From Eledone cirrhosa (taxonomy: Eukaryota), in the NCBI GenBank assembly GCA_964016885.1, contig OZ024755.1, forward strand, positions 38,688,001 to 38,752,000: a DNA stretch of 64,000 nt. The letters are read 5' to 3'. Below are positions 27,926 through 44,414 of the stretch, piece after piece; the first letter of the stretch is position 1, and every line of letters begins with the position of its first letter. The position numbers and the translations under genes were made by a program. Under the pieces are notes generated by a model that was given only the letters and a program-made list of their open reading frames with translations, did no database searches and was not told the DNA's origin.

Positions 27926-28879
27926 TAATATTTTTCTTTTTTTTTTTTCTTTTTATTTCTAAATTTATAGATACATTTATAAATAGGCAGTTTGCTGACA
28001 CCGGTAAATACTGACCTCTCCCCCCCCCACCTACTTTCTGTATCTGGATCTAAATATGTGTGGCAGTGTTTATGTGCGAGCATTAATGTCCATATGCTTA
28101 TGATAATAGTATATACACATATATGTGTGTGGGAGTGTGTGTGTGTATGTATGTTCGTGGTTGTGTGTATGTTTATACGTATATGCGCGTGTGTGTGTGA
28201 ATGTATGTATATGTGTGAGTATATGAATGTGTATATATTTATTTTTATATTTATATGTTTATATGCGTATATGTATTTTATCTGTAGATTATAAACATAC
28301 AGAGATATTAGCCCTGAATTTTTGTATTTACATACATCTTTTCGGCATGCGTATGCATGTGAACATATATTTTTATGCATATCTGTGAACGAAGTTACTT
28401 ACATATATACACACACCTAACTGTATAAACTTTTTGTGTTTCCATTGGTCAATTTGAACTCTGTTCCCAAACAGACCTGTAATTTTGAATTGTTGTTATT
28501 ATCAATAAATATATTTCATTATTTCTGAAGACGGCATATATATGAGTTGGTATGTATATTTAATTTTGATAGTTTGTATAATTTTGTATAATTTTGTACA
28601 TAGATCTGTTAAATATACATGCCAATTCTAACACATATATATCCCAGAAACGATCGTTAAATAATGAACTTTTTTTGTTTAATATAAGGAACTGTTTCAT
28701 TGTTTTATTCATTATTTTTTAAATATTTTATCTTGACTCTGTATTCCGTTTATCTTTCACCGAAAGTGATTTTTCATTGCATCTCTTCTTTCCATGATAT
28801 CCGGATTACATTGAGTTCTTCATACGGATTGGACACTACCGTAAACTCTTGGTAGATTTATCTGCATATATATATATAT

Positions 28880-30064
28880 ATATGTATATATATAACATTA
28901 AGTATGTGTGTGTGCGTATGTGTCTGTGTATTACCTATAGGGGCCTACACCTTACGACCGATTTTCATGAAACTTTACAGGCTCATAGATTATTCATCGG
29001 GCAGTGTTTTCTATATATCAGTGTATCGACTTTTTATCCCGGGGTCATTCTGCAGATAAAAATCGATAGGGGGTCACCTTTTTTTAGGTATCGAAAAATA
29101 ACATTTTTGGCTCGAGCTCCCACATTTTGCCACCGATTCGTTCAAATTTTAAAGCAAAATAGAATTTATAATTGCACATCCTGTAATGGCTTTATATTTT
29201 GCATTTGTTGTCTAGGGACGGCGTGGCAGCCACTTAAATATAAAAAAAATACCACTTTTAGACTCAAACTTCCACTTTTTCGACTCTAGCTCCCACATTA
29301 ATCAACCTACTTTGTTCAAATTTTACACTACACTAGATCTGATTATTTCGCGTCTTACAGTGGCTTTACATTTTGAATTTTTTGTTCAGGAACAGCGTGG
29401 CAGTCGCTTAAATATTCGAAAATACCACCTTATCGCTCAAATTTCCGCCTTTTCGGCTCTAGCTCCGACATTTTACAACCAATTTCGTTCAAATTCGAAA
29501 ATTCGGCTCCACCTCACACATAAATCAATTTATTTGGTTCAACTTTTATACTACGATAGAACCTATCATTGCACATCTTATAGTAGCTTTACACTTTGCA
29601 TTTTTTGTTCAGGGACGGCGACCTATCATTAGCTCCCACATTTTTCAACCGATTTCGTTCAAATTCGAAACTTCGGCTCCACCTCACACATAAATCAATT
29701 TATTTGGTTCAACTTTTATACTACGATAGAACCTATCATTGCACATCTTATAGATGGTCAAAGGCAAAACGATGGCCACTGACGTCGTCTGAGCTTTTAG
29801 TTGTGTATTTGAGAATTCATCGGTTTCCAATCAAGTAGCGTGAGGAAACTTGGCTTAGTGTTAGAGGTCATTACCTCCCTCCCCCAGCATGCCAATCGTC
29901 AGTGACCCGCGTTTCTCAGTGATAGAGGTCATCATCACCCTCTCCCGCATGGCCTGTGTGTGGCCATAGATGAGTCATCGAGAAACAGCCGCGCTAAGAT
30001 CAACACCATTTCATCAAAGCAGATATTATTTTACCTACCCAGGCAAAGCTGGGTACTGCTGCTA

Positions 30065-30066
<2 letters not shown>
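28880..30066 (+). mobile_element. Non-autonomous Helitron-like element
   Basis: 3' hairpin taccca-ggcaaagc-tgggta (30036-30055) followed by CTAG|T; 5' gtgt/tctg microsatellite plus accgattttcatgaaactt; internal ~170-bp subrepeats. Confidence 0.7.
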
Positions 30067-30126
<60 letters not shown>

Positions 30127-30310
30127 AACTATTTAGAACACTGGTTTAACCGTTTTACTTCCCTCCGAAGAAGAGATGTTATCTTGAAAATTAAGGACAT
30201 TTAAATAAATCTAAGGTAAAAGACGAATTGTCAACAATATCTTTTGCATTTGCATTCTTTATTCTACGTCCATACCTGCATTGTTTTGGCTTTATTATAC
30301 ATATACAAAC

Positions 30311-30349
<39 letters not shown>

Positions 30350-30678
30350 ATTACAACAGCGACGTAAACAAGTACTTAAGTTCCATTGTCTTCTGGGCCC
30401 GACTCATTCAGCTTTCCAAATTTTACTACTTTATATATGGGCGAAACATATGTAAGAACTTTATATAAATATGTTTTAACGGCTTGCAACTCTTTCATTA
30501 ATATTTTCACTTATAACCGGTCTGCTTATCTTCGTACACTAAATATTAACTCCGCTAATATTTAACCCTGATTACACAAGCATCGACCACCTATGCACCC
30601 CCTTTTGGCAAGTAATACTCTGTATCGCATCTCTTTATACCTCGTCTTTCTATCCTCATTTACGATACTCTAACTTTT

Positions 30679-30715
<37 letters not shown>

Positions 30716-30720
<5 letters not shown>

Positions 30721-30757
30721 ACGTACATACATATATGTATACAGACGCACAGTAGCA

Positions 30758-30828
<71 letters not shown>

Positions 30829-31217
30829 GCTTATTATAACGCCGCTTTGTTCGTTTGTAAACAAACTGAACAGCCTGAATTTATGCCATACGGTGTTAAG
30901 GCTACCACGTCGCCTTTTTGTTCAACACTGACACAAGAACGATGTACTAGTTTCAAGCTTGTTAGCTATCATCAGCACCGTATACCCTTCTGCCAGATAG
31001 TTGAAAGTTCGAAAGTATGTACTTTCCTTATGAAAATTAACGGCTGAGCAGCCTAATTTGCATATCGAGTGAGCTAAGTCGGTCAGGCATACCGAAAACG
31101 ATAAGTTGAAATAAAATGAAAACGAAATTTCATTTCTCACTCTTAGTACGGCACTTACTTAAATGTAAGTATGTATGTATACGTACATACACATATGTAT
31201 ACAGACGCACAGTAGCA

Positions 31218-31222
<5 letters not shown>
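30716..31222 (-). mobile_element. Hammerhead-containing short element 'family B' (partial tandem, 460-bp period)
   Basis: ~48-bp terminal direct repeat (acagacgcacagtagcatgc at 30741 and 31201); HHR; octamer at 31056-31063; (TA)n flanks. Confidence 0.75.
30939..30981 (-). ncRNA. Minimal type-I hammerhead ribozyme
   Basis: ACGGUG-CUGAUGA-uAGCUaacaAGCUu-GAAA-CuaG-UA^CAUCGU. Confidence 0.85.
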
Positions 31223-31270
<48 letters not shown>

Positions 31271-32288
31271 CAGGTACACATGATCAGTTCAAGGTTCGAT
31301 CTATCCTGACACTGGAATCAAAATCTCATCGGACCTCTGTACATATATCATAACAAAATAGTGAATGACATATATACATACATATAAATCTAATGATATA
31401 AACGTACAATATAATATATGAAACCTTAACAGGAGACAATGTATATAGAATATAAGAACATATAGTTTATTAAGATTATCTCAATCACAACATCAATAAC
31501 TTTAAATGTAATATATTTATGCTACTACTTGGTTGAGCTTTCACTATGTTGAGAGGTTAGGCTGCTATTTCTAGTTGTCGTAAAACTTTTTCCCGTCACT
31601 GCAGACGGCGACCGCGAGTATTGGTTTTTTGATAGTTCCATATTCCCTTTTCGTCGTTCTCAGTTCTGTATGTTAACAGGTCTAAGTTCAGATAGATCGA
31701 TAATCTTACAGAAGATCCAGATCGATCATCGAACTGCACCGATATTTGGTGAAATGTATTCATTAGTTGTGAAGTATACATATGAGGGAAAATATTTTAT
31801 GTATTAACTATCTATATTTTGAACTTTTGTTAAATCTTAATATGATACTGTAATGAACCATTATATAGATTGTCTCCTGTTAAAGTTTGATATATTCTAT
31901 TGTACATTTATATCATTGGATATCTATGTATGGATATTATTCATTATATATATAATGAATTCACAAGAAACAAAGCTGTGTTCAAAACATTTATTCACTT
32001 ACAATTGTTTCTTCCAAACCTAGGCTTGGAGTCTTCGGAGCAATTTTTAATGTTTGTACATATAATTGACCTCCCAGTCAACGCAAGAGACATACAGATA
32101 CATATATATATATTGATGTACAGTGTGGAGCGGCATATATTATACTATATCAGATCTAGTAGATATTGTATGTGTTAGTCATACATGGTGCATGCAAATA
32201 TGTCTTATTTATATAAGAGTATTGTCTGGCAAGGTATTATATGTAATACAAGCACTTTAAGCGAGTAAGCAATAGTACTATTATCGTG

Positions 32289-32488
32289 GTTGCAATGGGA
32301 GGGGGGGGGTATATTTTGTACAGATCGAATTAGTGTGTGTGCAGAAAAAGAAAGTTATAGTTTTCACATCCACCACCATTTTCACATCCATTTCTGGATG
32401 TGAAAATTATAACTTTCTTTTTCTCTTTTTCTGCACACATACTAATTCGATCTGTACAAAAAATACCCCCCCCCCCCCCACTGCAACA
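32289..32488. repeat. Imperfect fold-back, ~80-bp arms
   Basis: gggg...tgtacagatcgaattagt...cacatcca / tggatgtg...actaattcgatctgtaca...cccc. Confidence 0.8.
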
Positions 32489-32489
32489 A

Positions 32490-32582
32490 TATATTGATTT
32501 AATACTTCACTGCTCGCAAGTCTTTTTTAAGCTTCATATCATGTCTCCCTATTTTATCTGATGAGAACGCAAATATATATTT
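32490..32582 (+). mobile_element. Family D fragment with truncated hammerhead
   Basis: Homologous to 37780-37865; UUUUAU-CUGAUGA then interrupted by (TA)n. Confidence 0.65.
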
Positions 32583-32734
32583 ACACACATATATATATAT
32601 ATATATACATATATATACATATATACATATATACATATATATATGTTCAAAATATACATATATATATATAAGTTCAAAATAAACATATATATATATAAGT
32701 TCAAAATATACATATATATATATAAGTTCAAAAT

Positions 32735-32795
<61 letters not shown>

Positions 32796-32809
32796 TATAT
32801 ATATATACA

Positions 32810-33570
32810 TACAGCCAATTATCCACACAATACAATATAGTTAGCACCCGAAACATTTAATTGGGAATATACTCAGGTATTTCCTAATGTTTGTTGAGTG
32901 AGATGGAATTTGGCCGGAGTATCGCTTTTAGCTTTCTCCGATTATGTATTTATATATTTACTCTTGGAGCAACAGATATGAACTTTCCCGATATAAGGTA
33001 TGACTCTCTTTGATTATTTTTTATATGAATATTGATTGTTTGTTCTTGTAACTCATTCTGTTATTTTGCCCGATTTGCACATATAGTTATTTTTCATATC
33101 CAATTGAGTTCTTAGCACGTGGCTTGAATTATTGTCAGAGTTCAACGACCTGCGCATGTATTGTTTTTGGCGGTAGCTTCCTTCCTCCCGTTTTCTAGAC
33201 TGTGTGAGATTTTCTTTAGAACTGCTGGATTAACAACCTAGCAGTCCCCTCAAGCACTGATGGTAATTATCGCTAAATATTGATGTTGATTTGGTTATCA
33301 ATATTAATATTATTGGGTACTCACTGAAGATTTATAAGGTCCCACTTGAATAAGTATCTGTTGATCTTATAGAAGCTTCTACATAATTCGTCTAGGAAAT
33401 GATATATTTGATATATCTCATATGAAATTATACAGCCAATTACCCACAAAATACAATAGAGTTAGCACCCCAAACGTTTAATTGGGAATATACTCAGGTA
33501 TTTCCTAATGTTTGTTGAGTGAGTTAGAATTTGGCCGGAGTATCGCTTTTAGCTTTCTACGATTATGTAA
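32810..33570 (+). mobile_element. Family A element (terminal direct repeats 32810-32955 and 33430-33570; decayed HHR core at 33324)
   Basis: Direct repeat period ~620 bp; homology to 3627-4345. Confidence 0.65.
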
Positions 33571-33573
33571 TTA

Positions 33574-33705
<132 letters not shown>

Positions 33706-34061
33706 CATATACATATATATATACATATACATATACATATATATATATATACATATATACATATACATATACATATACATATATATATATATACATATAT
33801 ATATACATACATATATATATACATATATATATACATATATACATATACATATATATACATATATATATATATACATATATATACATATATATATATATAC
33901 ATATACATATATATATATATACATATATATATATACATATATATATATACATATATACATATATATACATATATATATATATATACATATATACATATAT
34001 ACATATACATATATATATATACATATATATATACATATATATATATTACATATATACATAT

Positions 34062-34111
<50 letters not shown>

Positions 34112-34117
<6 letters not shown>

Positions 34118-34642
34118 GAACAGAATGAAACGAAATTTCATTTCTCACTCTTAGTACGGCTGATACCTAAATATAAGTATGTATACGTACATACATATAT
34201 GTATACAGACGTACAGTAGTATGTATATATATACATACATGCACACATATATATATGTACGTATGGGTTTACAGAACATTTATTATAATTTTCGGTTTCT
34301 TTGTAAACAAATAGCCCGAATTACGCCGTACAGTGCTCGGCAACCATCGTCGCCCTTTTTGTTCAACACTGACACTGACACGTTTTCGGTACGTCCGGCC
34401 GAGGAACTCACTCGATATGCAAATTAGGCTGCTCAGCCGTTAATATGCATAAGGAAAGTATATACTTTCAAACGTTCAATCATCTGACAGAAAGGTATAC
34501 GATGCTGACGATAGCTAATAAGCTTGAAACTAGTACATCGTTCCTGTGTCAGTGTTGAACAAAAGGGCGACGATGATGGCAGAGCAGTGTACGGCGTAAT
34601 TCGGGCTGTTTGTTTACAAACAGCCCGAACATTATAATAAAT

Positions 34643-34645
<3 letters not shown>
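34112..34645. mobile_element. Family B element, permuted and inverted copy
   Basis: Antisense segment 34112-34376 joined to sense segment 34377-34645 carrying the octamer (34417-34424) and HHR. Confidence 0.75.
34499..34541 (+). ncRNA. Minimal type-I hammerhead ribozyme
   Basis: ACGAUG-CUGACGA-uAGCUaauaAGCUu-GAAA-CuaG-UA^CAUCGU. Confidence 0.87.
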
Positions 34646-36693
<2,048 letters not shown>

Positions 36694-36700
<7 letters not shown>

Positions 36701-37368
36701 CAAATAACGAAACGAAATTAAATTTCGCCTCGTTTGTAACTCACTTTTGTATGACTGACGCTTAAACAATTAAGTTAAAAATGTACATCCACATATGTAT
36801 ACTGAAATACTAGTATGCATATGAATACACACACGTGTACATATGTAGATGTACCGAGTTTTTCACTGGACACTTTACTGTGAGTGTCCAGCTATTCTGT
36901 ATGTAAACACACAGACAAACCGGTTTTTAGAGTCATACTGGTTTTCGAGGAAACACCTTTCCTCTATTCTCCAGAAAGCCAGACAAGGAATATTGGACTA
37001 GTTTCGATGTTGTTACATCTCATCAGCAATATTTACCTATCTTCCGGCCCCTCTAGAGAATCGTAAAAGCACATATCGTTATATGCTTTTTCTATGAAAA
37101 TTAGTAGTGGGCAGACTAATTTGCATAGAGCGTGGGTACGTACCGGCTCAGCGGAGACGATAAAAACAAATAACGAAACGAAATTAAATTTCGCCTCGTT
37201 TGTAACTCACTTTTGTATGACTGACGCTTAAACAATTAAGTTAAAAATGTACATCTACATATGTATACTGAAATACTAGCATGCATATGAATACACACAC
37301 GTGTACATATGTAGATGTACCGAGTTTTTCACTGGACACTTTACTGTGAGTGTCCAGCTATTCTGTAT
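36694..37368 (-). mobile_element. Hammerhead-containing short element 'family C' (1.45 tandem units, 466-bp period)
   Basis: 209-bp direct repeats 36694-36902 and 37160-37368; HHR; octamer at 37119-37126; distant relative of family B. Confidence 0.8.
36989..37033 (-). ncRNA. Minimal type-I hammerhead ribozyme, canonical GUC site
   Basis: AAUAUUG-CUGAUGA-GAUGUaacaACAUC-GAAA-CuaG-UC^CAAUAUU. Confidence 0.92.
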
Positions 37369-37410
37369 TTTTAACTTAACTTTTTAACTTTTTAACTTTT
37401 AACTTAATTG

Positions 37411-37600
<190 letters not shown>

Positions 37601-37639
37601 TAATATAAGATCAAAAGATGGTTAAAGGAGATCCATGTA

Positions 37640-37706
37640 TTTTATTATGCGCATTTCAAAAACAAACATCATCATGCAATAATATTTGTGTTTTCATCAG
37701 ATAAAA
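37640..37706 (-). ncRNA. Type-I hammerhead ribozyme (family D)
   Basis: UUUUAU-CUGAUGA-long stem II-GAAA-UGCGCA-UA^AUAAAA. Confidence 0.82.
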
Positions 37707-37836
37707 CAGGAGAACATGATATGAAGGCTAAAAAACACTTGTGGATAGTACAGTTTTAAATCAACATATCAACATATGTTGATTTAAAACTGCACTATCC
37801 ACAAGTGTTTTTTAGCCTTCATATCATGTTCTCCTG

Positions 37837-37903
37837 TTTTATCTGATGAAAACACAAATATTATTGCATGATGATGTTTGTTTTTGAAATGCGTATAATA
37901 AAA
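37837..37903 (+). ncRNA. Type-I hammerhead ribozyme (family D; stem III mutated to UGCGUA)
   Basis: Same layout as 37640-37706. Confidence 0.75.
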
Positions 37904-38024
37904 TACATGGAACTCCTTTAACCATCTTTTGATCTTATATTATGTATACTCCAGTCCTACAAACTGTAGAGTGCTTCTTATCCGATATCTGCATTGCTTT
38001 ATTGTACTACAATAAAACTCACCT

Positions 38025-38108
<84 letters not shown>

Positions 38109-38415
38109 TGTATATATATGTATATATATATTTATATATATATGTATATATATGTATATATATATATGTATATATATGTATATATATATTTATATATATA
38201 TGTATATATATATATGTATATATATGTATATATATATATATACATATATATGTATATATATATATATACATATATATGTATATATATATATAGGAGGTGA
38301 GTTTTATTGTAGTACAATAAAGCAATGCAGATATCGGATAAGAAGCACTCTACAGTTTCTAAGACTGGAGTATACATAATATAAGATCAAAAGATGGTTA
38401 AAGGAGTTCCATGTA

Positions 38416-38482
38416 TTTTATTATGCGCATTTCAAAAACAAACATCATCATCCAATAATATTTGTGTTTTCATCAGATAAAA
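38416..38482 (-). ncRNA. Type-I hammerhead ribozyme (family D)
   Basis: Same layout as 37640-37706. Confidence 0.8.
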
Positions 38483-38613
38483 CAGGAGAACATGATATGA
38501 AGGCTAAAAAACACTTGTGGATAGTGCAGTTTTAAATCAACATAAGTTGATATGTTGATTTAAAACTGTACTATCCACAAGTGTTTTTTTAGCCTTCATA
38601 TCATGTTCTCCTG

Positions 38614-38680
38614 TTTTATCTGATGAAAACACAAGTATTATTGCATGATGATGTTTGTTTTTGAAATGCGCATAATAAAA
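38614..38680 (+). ncRNA. Type-I hammerhead ribozyme (family D)
   Basis: UUUUAU-CUGAUGA...GAAA-UGCGCA-UA^AUAAAA. Confidence 0.82.
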
Positions 38681-38712
38681 TACATGGAACTCCTTTAACC
38701 ATCTTTTGATCT

Positions 38713-38815
<103 letters not shown>

Positions 38816-38816
38816 C

Positions 38817-38867
<51 letters not shown>

Positions 38868-38868
38868 C

Positions 38869-38961
<93 letters not shown>

Positions 38962-38984
38962 CATATATATACATATATATATAC

Positions 38985-39191
<207 letters not shown>

Positions 39192-39210
39192 TACATATAT
39201 ACATATATAC

Positions 39211-39285
<75 letters not shown>

Positions 39286-39332
39286 ATAAAGTTAAATAAA
39301 AGTCAAATGATTAAAATTTAGCTTCGTTTATT

Positions 39333-39387
39333 ACTGCTATATATATTTCAGTGACAGCCATCTTTGGCTGTGACCTCTTCAGGCAGT
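39333..39387 (-). ncRNA. Type-I hammerhead ribozyme (family F)
   Basis: Mirror of 39581-39635. Confidence 0.8.
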
Positions 39388-39580
39388 TTGAATTAGTATG
39401 GTATAGACAAGTACATATGTACATATGGTATAGACAAGTACATATCACTGGAGAACTGGAGTCATATGACTCCAGTTCCCCAGTGAATTAACAACCCAAC
39501 AAGGAACTGGGCATATCAGAGTATTGACAATATCATACACCTAAACAACATATGTACTTGTCTATACCATACTAATTCAA

Positions 39581-39635
39581 ACTGCCTGAAGAGGTCACAG
39601 CCAAAGATAGCTGTCACTGAAATATATATAGCAGT
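39581..39635 (+). ncRNA. Type-I hammerhead ribozyme (family F)
   Basis: ACUGC-CUGAAGA-gGUcACAGCcaaagauaGCUGUcACu-GAAA-UAUAUA-UA^GCAGU. Confidence 0.8.
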
Positions 39636-39780
39636 AATAAACGAAGCTAAATTTTAATCATTTGACTTTTATTTAACTTTATTTTACACTACTCCGGAGT
39701 AACCAAAGCAACCTGCGCACTTCGTCGAGTGCTCCAGCCTGCATACTGAGGTGTTGGTATACAACCAACATAAACTCAAA

Positions 39781-42384
<2,604 letters not shown>

Positions 42385-42385
<1 letters not shown>

Positions 42386-42565
42386 ATATATAAGATCAAA
42401 AGATGGTTGAAGGAGTTCCATGTATTTTATTATGCGCATTTCAAAAAAAAATATCATCATGCAATAACATTTGCATTTTCGTCAGATAAAATAGGGAGAC
42501 ATGATATGTAGTTTAAAACACACTTGTGGATAGTGCAGTTTTAAATCAACATATCAACATATATA
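42385..42565 (-). mobile_element. Family D single-arm copy with hammerhead (42425-42491, CUGACGA core)
   Basis: Diverged homologue of 37601-37775. Confidence 0.78.
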
Positions 42566-42580
42566 TGCATATATATATGC

Positions 42581-42641
<61 letters not shown>

Positions 42642-42688
42642 TACATATATATATATATATGCATATATACATATATATATATATATGC

Positions 42689-42727
<39 letters not shown>

Positions 42728-42820
42728 TACATATATATATATATATGCATATATACATATATATATATATATGCATATATACATATATATATATATATGC
42801 ATATATATATACATATATAC

Positions 42821-42893
<73 letters not shown>

Positions 42894-42896
42894 TAC

Positions 42897-42944
<48 letters not shown>

Positions 42945-43024
42945 GCATATATACATATATATGCATATATATATACATATATACATATATATATATGTAT
43001 ATATATATATATATGCATATATAT

Positions 43025-43073
<49 letters not shown>

Positions 43074-43172
43074 TACATATATATATGTATATATATATGC
43101 ATATATATATATATATACATATATATATACATATATATATGCATATATATATATATATACATATATATATAC

Positions 43173-43223
<51 letters not shown>

Positions 43224-43226
43224 AAC

Positions 43227-43259
<33 letters not shown>

Positions 43260-43584
43260 ATATATATACATATATATATATAATATATATACATATATAA
43301 TATATATACATATATATATATATATAATATATATACATATATATATATATAATATATATACATATATATATATATAATATATATACATATATATATATGC
43401 ATATATATATATATATGCATATATATATATATGCATATATATATATATGCATATATATATATATGCATATATATATATATGCATATATATATATATGCAT
43501 ATATATATATATATGCATATATATATATGCATATATATATATATGCATATATATATATATATACATATATACATATATATATGC

Positions 43585-43628
<44 letters not shown>

Positions 43629-43724
43629 ATACATATACATGTATATATATATATATATACATATATACATATATATGTATATATATATATATACATATAT
43701 ACATATATATATATATATACATAC

Positions 43725-43805
<81 letters not shown>

Positions 43806-43850
43806 CATATACATATATATACATATATATATACATATATATGTATATAT
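42566..43850. repeat. (TA)n/(TATGCA) expansion
   Basis: Direct reading. Confidence 0.95.
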
Positions 43851-43916
43851 TAACAAACTAACAAATTAACAACACACCAAAACAATTAAAAACCATCCAC
43901 TCTCGCCTCAACATTT

Positions 43917-44414
43917 TTGCTTAACGCCCAAGGCATCAGCCCTTCCACCAATACTCAAAAATGGAAGATCAAATTCCTGGAGGACTGGATTGATGTCCAT
44001 CCAAACCACATCCCTTTCTTCGTCCTCACTGAAACCCATCTCAGTAACCTCCATTTGGAAGCCGAGGTGAAAGTGAAAAATTTCAAAGCCATCCGTGCTG
44101 ATCGCGTTGGCAGAAGAAAGGGCGGAACTGCCATTTATGTCCATAATTCTTTCTCAACAGAGGCTATGAACATATTCACTAATGGATACTGTGAGGCAGT
44201 CACTGTATTCAGTCAAACCAACAACCTATTAGTAGTTGGGCTCTATAGGCCACCCCAAACGCCTGTACCATGCTTCAAAGAATGCCTCAACAGCATAAAG
44301 TGTTTCATCCAAGAGTGTCACCCTGACAACATCTTAATGATGGGGGACTTCAACCTCCCCGGAGTTGACTGGTCCACAAACCCTGCCACCAGGTTCTTCT
44401 GCCTCAACCTCTGA
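43917..44414 (+). pseudogene. APE endonuclease N-terminal part of ORF2 (frameshifted relative to the RT frame)
   Basis: LNAQG, LTETHL, RADR..RKGGTAIYV, LYRPP, MGDFNLP. Confidence 0.88.

Larger units (their letters stand above)
39285..39683. mobile_element. Family F fold-back, ~135-bp arms each with a hammerhead
   Basis: Arms ~39285-39420 and ~39548-39683; loop has a 20-bp duplication and a small hairpin at 39446-39485. Confidence 0.82.
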
